Shown here in pieces: positions 27,926 through 44,417 of a stretch of 64,000 nt of DNA. The stretch is from contig OZ024744.1 in NCBI GenBank assembly GCA_964016885.1, positions 84,258,001-84,322,000 on the forward strand. The letters are read 5' to 3'. Position 1 is the first letter of the stretch. The number at the start of each line of letters is the position of its first letter. Made by a program: the position numbers and the translations under genes. A model generated the notes under the pieces. It saw only the letters and a list, made by a program, of their open reading frames with translations. It was not told where the DNA came from and made no database searches. The stretch is from Eledone cirrhosa (taxonomy: Eukaryota).

Positions 27926-28741
27926 GTATATATATATATATATATATAAAAATACGTATTTAAGAAAGCCACAACAATGCAAAGGGAAATCTCGAGGTAG
28001 GAAGTGAAATATAGATAGGAAAAACAGGTGAAAGTGAAAATTGAGAGAGACAAAGATGAAAACAAAACAAAGGTAGAAGGGTTACCGTAGTAGAGATTTA
28101 ATCCCAATATTTCGGGCTCACGCCCATCAACGGGGGAAAAGTTCCAAAAGGGGGGAAACAGGCCAAGCGGAGAAAGTTGTGATGTCGTTAAGACAGGAAT
28201 GCCGTTATGGGGAGAAAAATATTTAAAATTTAAACGAGGGAAAGAATGCGCGTGCGCGTGATAGGCTGTGGCAAAAGCTACTGACCAAATGGGTTAAATC
28301 AAGAGGGTGCGTTAGCGTGTGAAAGCCGTAAGATATGTGTATGTAAATATATATGTGTGTGTAACTGTGTGTGTATAAGTGTAAGTGTGTATAAGTGTGA
28401 GTGTGTGTGTGTGTGAAAGATAGTGGGCTGTAGAAGTTGGAAATCAAAGGGTGTGAAAGGTGGTAGGTTGTAAAATATGTGTGCGTGTATAAATATAGAT
28501 GTGTGTGTGTAAGCGTATGGGTATACATGTGTGTGTAACTGTGTGTGTATATGTGTGAGTGCGTTTGTGTGTGAAAGATAGTGGGCTGTAGAAGCTGGAA
28601 ATCAAAGGGTGTGAAAGGTGGTAGGTTGTAAAAACATGTGTGCGTGTATAAATATAGATGTGTGTGTGTATGCGTATGGGTATGCATATACGTGCGTGTG
28701 TGTGAAGATAGCAGGCCGCAGGCTGTGAATGGTCATTATGG

Positions 28742-29623
28742 TTAAGTTAGCCATGTCAGCTCATTTCTCTCAGCCCGGTTGTTAAGTGGGGGTCTGAGGT
28801 TCTTAATAACAAGTGCTTCCTTTATCCTTAAGGATCCGATGCTGCGTTCAGTCGCTAGGACTGTGACCAAGGGTCTACCCTGTGGGTTTCCGCATTTAAG
28901 GATATGTTTACGGAAGGAAGATGCGTTGGTGTTGATATGTTCCTTGATACGAACATGTAGGGGTCGGATGGTGCTACCTATGTAAAACTTGTTACATTTA
29001 TCGCATTGAATCTTATATACGACATAGGTGCGTAGGCAATCTGCCCCCCGTATCGGGCAGTTGCTGAGGGAACACGTCCCATCTGCCTCGTAGGGTTTGT
29101 TGGAGAGGCATCTTCGCAGCGAAGGTCCTGTGTGGGCCAAATGTATGTCAAGTCCCTCCGTCCGTATGGCCCTGCGGATGGCGTTCGTGGTATATTCACT
29201 CAGGTGGGGGATTTTAAAGAAGCACCTGCTAATATTAAGTTTTCTAGTGGGTGTCAGTCTACTGGGTCTGGGGTCTCTAATTCCGTTAATCAGTCGCTTG
29301 GGATAACCATTAGATCTGAGTAGATTACGGAATTGCGTGGTATGGGTGAGACCACCCATCGGGTCGCTGCATCTGTTAGTGATCCGTGTCAGTTCATTTA
29401 GGACATAGCCTCTCTTGGCGTTGTTGGGGAGGGCTGAGTTATAATGCACAAATAAGTCCTTGCACGCTGCTTTGCGGTAGAAGGTGGTGTTTATGTCTCC
29501 TTCTTCCGAGATGTTGATACGGAAGTCGAGGAGGGCGAGTGACCCGTCTTCTCCTGGGTGTTCGATGGTGAAATCGATGTGCTGGTCAGTATCGTTGAAG
29601 ATTTGGTGAATTTCATTCGCCAT
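28742..29623 (-). CDS. Penelope-like RT C-terminus + GIY-YIG endonuclease (5'-truncated, uninterrupted 293 aa)
   Basis: IDFTIE..SLALLDFRI..FYRK..HYNSALP, then VVYKIQCDKCNKFYIGSTIRPLHVRIKEH..EALVIKNLRPPLN. The element's 3' region extends to ~27950. Confidence 0.9.
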   Translation of the reverse strand: MANEIHQIFNDTDQHIDFTIEHPGEDGSLALLDFRINISEEGDINTTFYRKAACKDLFVHYNSALPNNAKRGYVLNELTRITNRCSDPMGGLTHTTQFRNLLRSNGYPKRLINGIRDPRPSRLTPTRKLNISRCFFKIPHLSEYTTNAIRRAIRTEGLDIHLAHTGPSLRRCLSNKPYEADGTCSLSNCPIRGADCLRTYVVYKIQCDKCNKFYIGSTIRPLHVRIKEHINTNASSFRKHILKCGNPQGRPLVTVLATERSIGSLRIKEALVIKNLRPPLNNRAERNELTWLT

Positions 29624-29649
29624 CTCCCGGGAAGAGGTAAGTATCAGAG

Positions 29650-29707
<58 letters not shown>

Positions 29708-30208
29708 ATATATATATGAGTAAAAAGGAATAGAAAATGCTGACCAATTTTTCCCAGTGAAAAATAGTTTAATTAGGAATAAGTATAAATTAGTAATAAG
29801 TATTGGTTAGTATTCAGTTTTAATTTTAAGTTTTTACCGGTTGCGCATTTCTTATGCTTTTAAAAAATAATTTTGAGATATAGTGCTCGTGATTTTTGCT
29901 CTAATCTGATCAGTTTTGGAAATTCTTACTGTTTTATGTGAAAAAAGTGGCTTGAGAGGTATTAAGATTTGGTTGGTTATTTAATGTCACGTGAATAAGC
30001 ACTATAAATTTCGCGCCAATTCGTGTTGCAAAAATTCTTGTTGTCAAAACAATTTTGATTGGTCGGTAGAAGTCACGTGAATGTTTAAATTGATTTTAGC
30101 GCGAACTGGTTTCACGTCAAATGTAGGTTTGTCGAAGAGTGTCCTTTTCCGCTTGATTGATTTGCAGTCATGTTGAGAGGTCAACAGTTCAGGTGTCTAT
30201 TAAAACAA

Positions 30209-30303
<95 letters not shown>

Positions 30304-30959
30304 TGTGTGTGTGTGTGTGTGTGTAGCAAATTGTTGTGATAATGAATCGGTCAGTAGGAATGTGTGTGTGTGTGTGGTGGTGGGGGTGGGGGGGTTATTT
30401 TAACATATTGAAATATATTTTTCAGCTCGTGTCTTATACTGAGAAGTGTGTGTGTATGTGTGTCTGTATGTTAGTGTTCGCGTGTGCATGTGTGTATGTG
30501 TGTGGATGAACCAGTATTTTTGTGGTACTGGTAAAAATGGCGTACATTATTCGATATTTTCAGTCATTTGCGAAAACAAACGATTCTCTCAAAAGAACAT
30601 CAATAACATGAATAATAAAAGAGGTGAAATGATGTATAGTATTGTCATAACAACAAGGCGTGTGTCAGTCCAGATTGTACGTACTGCAAGGGGAATCCTG
30701 CCGTATGGGATACTTGTGTACAAATATGTATACACCCATCAATGTGCAATACATGTGTGCGTATGTGTATGTGTGCGTGTCGGCACGTGTATATCTATAA
30801 ACATCAAAAGGTATGCGAATTTGTGTATATTTGTGTTGCACCATAGAATATGTGTGTTTACGTATGTCATTGTGTTTATATGTGGATAGAGATGTATGTA
30901 GGATGTATGCTGATGTAGGTATGTATGTCAACGTGTGTATGCTGTGGGTTCATATTAAG

Positions 30960-32970
30960 GAAGAAGTGTTTAGACGGGGTCCGTATTTGTTAATAAAGTG
31001 AGATTCCTTGATGATACGCTGGGTGTGGGTGGCATTATCTTTAAATTTGTAGAGGGGAAAGATTCTAAAGTTGGGATGATTTGGGGCGGCACAGGTATCA
31101 ATGAGTTCACTCAGTACTATTTTTCTGTATTCCCGTATTTTGATTTGGGATCGATGGACAGTAATGCGTTGGCGGAGGCTGTTTTTGGTCTGGCCTATGT
31201 ATTGTTCTCGACAACCTGTGCAAGTTAATACATATATTAGGTTTTCTGATGCGCATGTGAAATTTTGTTTTACTATAAAACGTTGTCCTTGTTTGAAATA
31301 GAATTCCGAACCCTCTATTCGGTTGATGCATATACCACAGTTGGGTCTATCGCATTTTTTTTACTGTGGGTTTCGTTGTTGTGGTTGGCAGTACTTTGGC
31401 ATGTGTTAGGATGTTTTCATTGACTTAGATTGTCTTTGGCTCTTTATGATATCGTGTGTTCGAAGGATTTGGTTTATTCTATGGTCCTTTTTTAATACAG
31501 GGATGTTCTGGAGGATGGTGTCAAAGGCCTCATTATTGAGGGGTGGTGTGTGAAGATGTATGGAAGAGCTTTTAGTTTCAGTTGATTAACTTTAGGGTGT
31601 CTAAGGTCCTGAGTACTGAGTTTTAGGGCACGTTGGATTCCATTGTCTATTAGTGATGCAGGGTAGTCCCTGCTTATCAGTGTGTCCTTTAGTTCTTGTA
31701 GACGTAAGTAACATGTGTTTTTATTGGAGACTATAGTACAGATTCTCTTGGCTAAGTTGTAGGGAATATTAATTTTAACGTGTATAGGGCGGCATGAATT
31801 GAAAGGAAGATATTGCTTGGAGTCTGTGGGCTTGTAGTATACGTCGGTTTCTATTTTTTTGTTATGAATCTTAATGAGGATGTTGCGGAAGGGGAATTGT
31901 TGATGGCTGTATTCCATTCTAAAATTAATATTCGTGTTGAGCCCATTTATAAGGGTGTGAAATTCTTTAAGTTTCTCGATGTTTTCGTGCCAAGATATCT
32001 CTTCCAGTTCTTTTCTATGTGTAAGTGGAGAGTGTTTCCAAATTTGTTTAGTACTTTAGTGTAGAAGGTGATTTCCAGGTATCCCATTACTAGGTTCGCA
32101 TAAGTGGGGGCCGTTTTCGTTGCCATAGCGGTTCCATATTTCTGCCTGTAGAATTTGTTATTGAAAACGAAGTAATTATTCTCCAAGCTAAATTTGAGTC
32201 CTTCTATCACGAATTCTTTTTTGATCTGTTGTGGGAGTTCATTGGGGTAATTATCCAGGAAGAATTGGATAGCTTCTATTCCTAGGTTGTGGGGGATGTT
32301 GGAGTATAGGTTGACTACGTCGAACGTCACTAGCTGGGTTTGTTCAGTAAGAGGTATATTAGGGAGGTGGTTGAGCATATCTAGGTCGTCCCTTATGTAG
32401 CTTTTAATGTGTTTGAGAAAAGGCTTGAGAAGAGTACCAATGAAGTTGCTAAGGCGGTGTGTTTCGCAAGCGGGGCCAGCTATTATAGGTCTTAATTTGA
32501 GATCATTAGGTGAGGGGACATTGATGACTAAGTGTGTGGCTTCCTTGCATGGCTTACTTATTAATTCGCTTTTATGTACTTTAGGGATACCGAAGAAAAG
32601 GCTGGATTTACTTGTGAAGTCTGTGATGAAGCTGAATTCCTTGTTAGTGAGTCCTTCTTTGTATAGGTTGATCAGAATTTTTTGCTTTCTCATAAGTTTC
32701 TGTTGATTGTAGTCTTCAGCTTTTTCGTAGTATGTTTCGTTTTCCAAAGTGGAGAGCGCTAAGTTGATATAGAATTCTGTCTCCATTAGGACTGCTACAC
32801 TCCCTTTAGCAGCCTCTTTAATTGTAATAGTTCTGTCGGTTTTTAATCTATTTAATTCTTCCCTTCTTTCTTGTTGAGGTTTGGCTTGTGTTTTAGTCTG
32901 TGCAAGTGTTGGTAAGGGAAGTTTGTGATGTGTTCACAGAATTCGTCCAGGATTTTATTTCTACCTTTTG
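30960..32970 (-). pseudogene. Penelope-like RT + GIY-YIG, frameshifted
   Basis: GIPKVHK, LRPIIAG, TFDVVNLYSNIP, QKYGTAMATKTAPTYANL, DVYYKPTD and IYVLTCTGCREQYIGQT. The catalytic YxDD region is damaged. Confidence 0.9.
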
Positions 32971-32986
32971 ATATATATATATATAT

Positions 32987-35945
<2,959 letters not shown>

Positions 35946-36237
35946 TAGAACTGGTGCTCTGAAATAGCGCTATATATATGAATGTATATATAGTGTATTT
36001 TGCAATACACTGTATGCTTAATTAAAAGCATTTTGAAGAACTTGCGCTATTGTTTTAAAGTAGTGACTATGTCACTTAGTTCCATTTTCATCAAAGAAGG
36101 GTAGATAAGCTGACAGAGCTCTGTTTCGTACTGTTGGTACTTATCAAAGCCTAGCAATCCTCTTGTTTGCTGAAAATTATGAATGTTGGATTCTTATAGA
36201 ATTCCGGTAATAATCAGGTCCAGCAAAAATTGAAAAT

Positions 36238-36759
36238 ATAAAAGACGTAAAATAAGGAAATTATAGTAATTAACTTACTTACTTAAATTTCACTCCAGCT
36301 AATTAGTTTCTGAAAGGGGATATACATAGTCTTCAAATGGAGACCACGAAGAATCCTTTCTTCATCAGGGAGTCATTCTCGGCTAAGATTCCTGTCAATA
36401 CGCGGACACGGAATTTATACAAAAATAATTCTGTGGATGGAAAAAAGCAAGCGCGGACTAAATTCCAAGACATTAACCTCGATGTCACGTGATTGATTCT
36501 TTTGAATTTGCCACTGACCAGGAAGGCAGTGAAATTTTCAATGTCTTGGAATTTAGTCGGCGCTTGCATCCACTGAATTATTTTTGTATAAGTTACCTGT
36601 GTCCGCGTATTGCAAGGAATCTTAGCCGAGAATGACTCCCTGATGAAGAAAGGATTATCTATGGTCTCCATTTGAGACTATGTATATCCCCTTTCAGAAG
36701 CTAATTAGTTGGAGTGAAATTTAAGTAAGTTAATTACTATAATTTCCTTACTTTACGTC

Positions 36760-36765
<6 letters not shown>
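36238..36765. repeat. Fold-back element with an HHR in each arm
   Basis: Arms ~36238-36472 and ~36541-36765. Consensus ACTCC-CTGATGA-aGAAAGG...CCTTTCa-GAAA-CTAATTAG-TT-GGAGT at 36292-36373 (-) and 36635-36715 (+). Each copy has one different core mutation. Confidence 0.82.
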
Positions 36766-36800
<35 letters not shown>

Positions 36801-36842
36801 TAAAAAATATATATACATATATATATACATATGTATATATAC

Positions 36843-36889
<47 letters not shown>

Positions 36890-36948
36890 CATATATATTT
36901 ATATACATATAGACTATATATATACATATATACATATATATATATATA

Positions 36949-37094
<146 letters not shown>

Positions 37095-37126
37095 CAAGAA
37101 TCAAAGCTATGTTCAAAGCATTTATT

Positions 37127-37173
37127 CACTTACAATTGTTTCATCCAAACCTAGGCTTGGAATCTTCGGAGCA
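37127..37173 (-). ncRNA. Type I hammerhead motif, U4C variant
   Basis: TGCT-CCGAAGA-tTCCAAGCctagGTTTGGAt-GAAA-CAATTG-TA-AGTG. Confidence 0.72.
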
Positions 37174-38615
37174 TTTTTCAATGCTTGTACAAATAATTGA
37201 CCTCCTATCCAACGCAAGAGACATGCAGATACATATATATATATGTGGAGTGGAGTGACATATATTATACTATACTATATTTGTATAGCAATTCAAATTT
37301 AAAATCAAAATTAAAATTAAAATTAAAATACATGCGGCAGATAACACAGATAATGCAAGAGGATAGTTCGATAATCAGATCTAGTAGATAGTGTATGCGT
37401 TAGTCATACATGGAGCATGCAAGTGTGTCTCATTTATATACGAGTATTGTGTGGTAAGGTATTACATGTAATACAAGCACTTTAAGCGGGTAAGCAAGAG
37501 TATTATGGTGGTTGTAGTGGGAGGTTATTTTTTGTATAGATCAAAAAAGTATGTGTGCAGAAAAAGAAAAGAAAAAGAAAGTTATAGTTTTCGCATCCAC
37601 CACCATTTTCACATTCAGAAAAAGGAAGTTATAGTTTTCACATCCACCACATATATTACGATGAATTCGTATTGAATGTTTGATGTAGTAAATGATTGTA
37701 ACATATTGAGGCTCAGTGTTATTTAATTCATATTTATAGACTAGGTTCTTTCTGCTGCGAGAATTTACAGTGCTATATTATCCGGAAGTAGGTGTGTAAT
37801 TAAGGGGAGTTAATGCGTAAGGGGAGGTAACTAGCTGATTCTCATAACTAAATTCATTGTTCTAACATACCTTAAATGGTGCCTCAATTGAGTCTCTTAT
37901 ATAAAAGGTTATATATTTATATTTTATTTTAAATACAGTCTACTCTATCATAATGTATTATAGGTATTTATAGGAAGTTGATTACTCCTTATTATATAGC
38001 GCTATAATTGAATTTCCCACACAAAGTGCTATATCTTTATATCAAAATTCACTGTAAACACAGTCTACTCCCAAAACATATCAAAGGACCAATTAGAATT
38101 TTGTCTACATAACCCTTGGTAAGCTATGGAGCAGCGTACGGCTGTTTGCATGATAGAATCAAATACATCTCTTGGGTAAACAAATACATCCCTCATTTAC
38201 AATGTCATTACTCCATCCATTAATCTATACATGCATATATAATTCATATATAATTCATTGAACCACCCTACATATAAGTTAGACAGATCTCTTATGTTAA
38301 TAAATTAATCCTATATATATATATCTAATGTTATTACTCTATACATTTAATTACAGATGCATATATAATTCATTGTTGTATCTAGTATTTAAAGTTTATA
38401 TAGACTGTATCATATTTCAATCCCTATATAATTATAAGTAATTAAAAGTAATTATATTAAAAGTTGGTGTTTATGAAGATATTTCTAGGGTATAAAGTTA
38501 TAGATAGATAGAATGATTTGTGTCGAGGAAAGGGTGGATCAGAGAGTGTGCTGTAGTGGTGGAAGGCAAGCACTTGAGGTGTGGTGTTAGAAGCGGTGAT
38601 GGGTTCAAGTATGAC

Positions 38616-38644
<29 letters not shown>

Positions 38645-38649
<5 letters not shown>

Positions 38650-39430
38650 TATGTATACGCACATACATATATGTGTACAGACGCACAGTAGTATATACAT
38701 ACATACACACATTTATATGATATGTGTACGAATGGGTTTACCGAACATTTATTATAATGTTCGGTTTGATACCTAAATATAAGTATGTATACGTACATAC
38801 ATACGTTTACGAACAAACCAAACATTATAATAAATGTTCGGTAAGCCCATACGTACATATATATATATATATGTGTGTGCATGTATGAATATATATATAT
38901 ACTACTGGGCGTCTGTACACATATATGTATGTACGTATGCATACTTATATTTAGGTATCAGCTGTACTAAGAGTGAGAAATGAAATTTCGTTTCATTGTT
39001 TTCCATTTATCGTTTTCGGTATGCCCGGCCGACTAAACTCACTCGATATGCAAATTAGGCTGCTCAGCCGTTAATATGCATAAGGAAAGTATATACTTTC
39101 AGACGTTCAATCATCTGACAGAAAGGTATATGATGCTGTCGATAGCTAATAAGCTTGAAACTAGTACATCGTTCCTTTGTCAGTGTTGAACAAAAGGGCG
39201 ACGATAGTTGCCGAGAACTGTACGACGTAATCCGGACTGTTTGTTTACAAACAAACCGAACATTATAATAAATGTTCGGTAATCCCATACGAACATATAT
39301 ATATATATATATATGTGCATGTATGTATATATATACTACTGTGCGTCTGTACACATACATGTATGTACGTATACATACTTATATTTAGGTATCAGCCGTA
39401 CTAATGAAATTTCGTTTCATTCTTTTCCAT
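38645..39430 (+). repeat. Second copy of the 429-bp HHR family with inverted 5' segment
   Basis: 38955-39430 is homologous to 3574-4052, and 38645-38768 is inverted relative to 38815-38950. HHR at 39130-39172 has compensatory stem I (GATG/CATC) but core CTGTCGA. Confidence 0.8.
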
Positions 39431-39431
39431 T

Positions 39432-40672
39432 TCGATTATTCTACTATATTTAGCTCTAGACCTAGCTATTGACCAGTTAATTTTATTGTTCATTTTTTGT
39501 CGATTCTATTAAATGATGAATAGCTCCTGTTTATTTTAACATGTCTATTGAGTACTCTTATTCGATATGTGTATTTCCACATTTTCCCGAATATTTTTTG
39601 CGGATATAGAGGTTATCTCCCTTGCTGAATTCCATGTGCGTTTTTTCAACTTGAGTTATGCCTTTTTATTCGTTCGGACAAAAGCTCGTTGAGGAAGTAA
39701 ATTCCGGTCCGCTGCTTTCTAGAAGTCTTATATATTTTTATATGGGCTGATAGAGGGCGGTTTAAGGATTTACAGAAACCCAAGAAGCTAGATTTACCAT
39801 CTTTCTAGCGGGTCCGGGTATGCTTTTTACATTCATTTGATATATTGATTTATTGATATTTTATCTGAGTGTCCCGAATCTTCCAGATCGTAATTTTTCG
39901 GTCGTATGGTTGATTTTAGACATGTTCTATGTGTGTCGGTATTTTAACGATAGTTATAGCTCTGATTTATCTGAATTATTGAGCCCTCTGCCGCTCATTT
40001 CGAATTTTGTTTATCGTGAACTCGTGCGCCGATTTTTCGATACTCGATTATTCTACTATATTTAGCTCTAGACTTAGCTATTGACCAGTTAATTTTATTG
40101 TTCATTTTTTGTCGATTCTATTAAATGATGAATAGCTCCTGTTTATTTTAACATGTCTATTGAGCACTCTTATTCGATATGTGTATTTCCACATTTTCCC
40201 GAATATTTTTTGCGGATATAGAGGTTATCTCCCTTGCTGAATTCCATGTGCGTTTTTTCAACTTGGGTTATGCCTTTTTATTCGTTCGGACAAAAGCACG
40301 TTGAGGAAGTAAATTCCGGTCCGCTGCTTTCTAGAAGTCTTATATATTTTTATGTGGGCTGATAGAGGGCGGTTTAAGGATTTACAGAAACCCAAGAAGC
40401 TAGATTTACCATCTTTCTAGCGGGTCCGGGTATGCTTTTTACATTCATTTGATTTATTGATTTATTGATATTTTATCTGAGAGTCCCGAATCTTCCAGAT
40501 CGTAATTTTTCGGTCGTATGGTTGATTTTAGACATGTTCTATGTGTGTCGGTATTTTAACGATAGTTATAGCTCTGATTTATCTGAATTATTGAGTCCTC
40601 TGCCGCTCATTTCGAATTTTGTTTATCGTGAACTCGTGCGCCGATTTTTCGATACTCGATTATTCTACTATA
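39432..40672 (+). repeat. 612-bp tandem dimer, diverged homolog of the 615-bp array, with U3-variant HHRs
   Basis: TCGATTATTCTACTATA at 39432, 40044 and 40656. HHRs at 39684-39819 and 40296-40431: GCTCG-TTGAGGA-aGTAAATTCC...GGATTTACa-GAAA-CCC...GGG-TC-CGGGT. Confidence 0.9.
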
Positions 40673-41670
40673 TATATATATATATATAGCTAAGGTTCTT
40701 CCATAGGCGGTATGCCAAAATTAGCACTCGATATTCATCAGAGTAGAGTGTAGATATTATGAAGAAAATGAAAAATCAGTGATGCATCTGGACTTAATTT
40801 ATTGCGTGTTACAATTGTTTCTCCGGCAGGTAGCTCGAGATGTGGTCCTTGTATGGATCCGGCTGATTCTACTTCTACAGGTTCATTCAGACACGAGTAT
40901 TTCGTTTGGAGCAAATTTTATCACTGGGGTGTTATCATCAAAAACACCCTCACAAAACCCTACTTCCACTCCTGTCATGCCATTGGCTGTTTTTACTCCA
41001 CGTCATCACGAGTTCTGGTCATTATCTACTGCCACACGGGTCAGCAGCCATTTTCCGTCCGACACATTTCGATGGAGTCATGCTGGGTACAGCATCCCAC
41101 ACGTCTGTTCACACTTCAGAGTAAGCACCCACACCTACTAATATACACACACATACACACACACATGTAGACACCGACAGATTTATTCATACACACACGT
41201 ACGTCTACATGCGCAGACACCCCCACCCCACATACATACATATATGTATATACACACACACTCTCTCCCTCACCTCCACGGACCCCGTCACACCCATTTG
41301 TAGATACATATCGCCACAAGCCTTATGGCGACTGCTTACTTCGCCCCCTGTATCCGGTTGGAATAAGCATGGCCTATTCAAACATACACATATATAAATA
41401 TATATATATATATATACACACACATACATATACATACATACGCGCGCACACATATATACGCCCAATCTTATATATATTTATATATACACACTCATACACC
41501 CACATATAAGCATACACACATACATGCACACACATACACATACACACACACATGCATGTACATATATATACATATACATACATACACACACATACATACA
41601 CATATATATATATATAGTAAGAATATTCTCGAAACAGCGAGTGGGTTTGAAATTATTAAAAATGTAAGCT

Positions 41671-41850
41671 ATCGCCGTATTTTGACTAAAGAAATTAAAG
41701 AAATTATTTAGCTTATAGTGGGGTTAAGAACCCTCGGAAAAAGATGAGTATTGACGTACATGTACGTCAATACTCATCTTTTTCCATTTCTCCGAGAGTT
41801 ATTAACCCCACTATTAGCTAAATAATTTCTTTAGTCAAAATACGACGATA
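41671..41850. repeat. Palindrome with no spacer
   Basis: Centre GATGAGTATTGACGTACA|TGTACGTCAATACTCATC at 41760/41761, with ~90-bp imperfect arms. Confidence 0.85.
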
Positions 41851-43021
41851 TATATATTTATATATATATATTTATATATATATATATATTTGTGTATAGT
41901 GGTAGCTATGGTGCTTCCGTAGGCGGTATGCCAAAATTAGCACACGATATTCATCAGATAGAGTGTAGATATTATAAAGAAAACGAAAAATCAGTGATGC
42001 ATCTGGACTTAGTTTATTTCGTGTTACAAATGTTTCGCCGGCATGTAGCTCGAGTCATGGTCCTTGTATAGATCTGGCTGATTCTACTTCTGCGGGTTCT
42101 TTCAGACACGGCTGTTATGTCCGGAGCAAATTTTATCACTGGGGTTTTATCATCAAAACAACACCCTCAAAAAACCCTCTATCCACTCTTGTCATGCCAT
42201 TGGCTGTTTTTACTCCACGTCATCACAAGTTCTGGTCAGTATCTGCTGCCACACGGTTCATCAACCATTTTCCGTCCGACACATTTCAATGGAGTCCTGC
42301 TGGGTTCAGTACTTCACACGTCTGCTCACACTTCAGGTTAAGCACCCACACATACTAGAATAAACACATAATAACACACACATACTCAGACACATAACTA
42401 TCTATGCATTCACACTCGTACCTCTACACGCGCAGACACCCACACCGCCACATACATACATCGCAGTATATATACTCACACATCCTCTCTCCCTCACTAC
42501 CATGGACCCAGTCACACACACTTGTTGATACATGCCGCCACGAGCCTTCTGACTGTTCTGTATCAATTGGGTAAGCATGTCCTATTCAAACGCACATATA
42601 TACATACACATGCGCGCACACACATACGAACACATACGTACATAAATATTGCCTACACACACACACACATATATATATATACATATATATACATATATAC
42701 ACACGAAAGAGAAAAGGACAACTTAACATGCATACGCACATCCACACATACATACAAATACCCACGCATAGGCCGATATACATACATCTACACATGCGTA
42801 CGCATACATGCTGCCGCATGGATACACCTGCACGCATGCACATCTGCCTACACACACAGAAGTGTCACCACATATACATGTACATATATAAACACACCTG
42901 TAAGTGAACAGTTGAAAATACATTATGCAATAAACAGTATAATAACATAAAACAGTCTAATAACATAAAACAAATATCCAATGAAATATAATATACAACG
43001 TGGTATATATATACATACACA

Positions 43022-43069
<48 letters not shown>

Positions 43070-43188
43070 TTCTAAAGAATGAAACAGTTCTAGTCCTGTA
43101 GAATCTCATCTACATTAAAATTTTTATACTCTGCTATGTATTGAGTACCTTACTTACTGTGGTTACCTCCGATTCAACCCGGAATAAC

Positions 43189-43271
<83 letters not shown>

Positions 43272-43291
43272 TATTGAAGTTTCCATTGAAA

Positions 43292-43489
43292 ATTGAAAAA
43301 GTCATAGGAGTGAAGAGTGCTCTATGTAAGTACCAGAGCTAAATATAATGTATAATAAACAATACAATATAATTACCTCATTACCAGAAACCTCTGGTAA
43401 TGAGGTAATTATCTTATGTTGTTTATTATACATTAAATTTAGCTCTGTAACTTACATAGAGCACTCTTCACTCCTATGACTTTTTCAAT
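43292..43489. repeat. Fold-back inverted repeat
   Basis: ~95-bp arms around AAACCT. Contains GAGTGCTC and CAGAGCTAAAT, which are also present in the 615-bp unit. Confidence 0.82.
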
Positions 43490-43566
43490 TAACACGAATA
43501 CAAAAAACGTCCCCATTCGTTCATCGGACAAGGCAATACAGAACTATATATACATATACAGAACTA

Positions 43567-43608
<42 letters not shown>

Positions 43609-43611
43609 CAG

Positions 43612-43711
<100 letters not shown>

Positions 43712-43793
43712 CGAAGGAAATGTGGTAAGGAACCAGGTGGACCATAACGCACCAAAGTACTCAATACTTGGGGTAGTAGAGTGGGTAATAGGA

Positions 43794-43886
43794 ACCCCGA
43801 CGGCTGAGCTCAAGCCGTTTCGACGGCTAATTCTGGACTAAACGTAGAATTAGCCGTTGAAACGGCTTGAGCTCAGCCGTCGGGGT
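43794..43886. repeat. Short fold-back of a half-hammerhead
   Basis: CCCCGACGGCTGAGCTCAAGCCGTTTCGACGGCTAATTCT and its reverse complement. A related single copy lies at 27830-27875. Confidence 0.75.
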
Positions 43887-43898
43887 CTTACTGGTTCC

Positions 43899-43943
<45 letters not shown>

Positions 43944-44377
43944 CCTATTATACATATATATACACACACACACACATATATACGCACCTACGTATATATA
44001 TACACACACATACACAGACGCACACGTACACAGACTCATACGTACATATACGCATACATACGGGTATGTATAGAGGATATGTGATAAAATAATACAACAT
44101 GAATAATAATAATAATGAAAAAACCATATATAGTCCATATATAAACATCCGCACACATTCCCAAGAGATGCACATAAACACATACATGTATGCACAAATA
44201 CATATACACACATATAGAGGCCCGTAAATGCATGCAACTGCACCCACACACACATCCACATATATACACCCATACACATCCACATATATATATACGCACA
44301 CTCACCCGCCCGCACACACACACACACCTACTCATATGTGGCTATACGTACTTACTCACTCATACACATATAGACAT

Positions 44378-44417
<40 letters not shown>

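Noticed and set aside
37600-38460. Possible highly decayed PLE coding remnants
   Set aside because: Only faint motif resemblance with many stops. Cannot be supported without an alignment.
39853-40689. 70-74 aa ORFs in the 612-bp repeat
   Set aside because: No recognisable domain, and no equivalent ORF is listed for the homologous 615-bp units.
40690-41965. Second CTGATGA + hairpin near the PLE ends (minus strand, ~40690-40750 and ~41900-41965)
   Set aside because: Followed by GAAG with no convincing stem III or stem I. Possibly truncated, so not counted.
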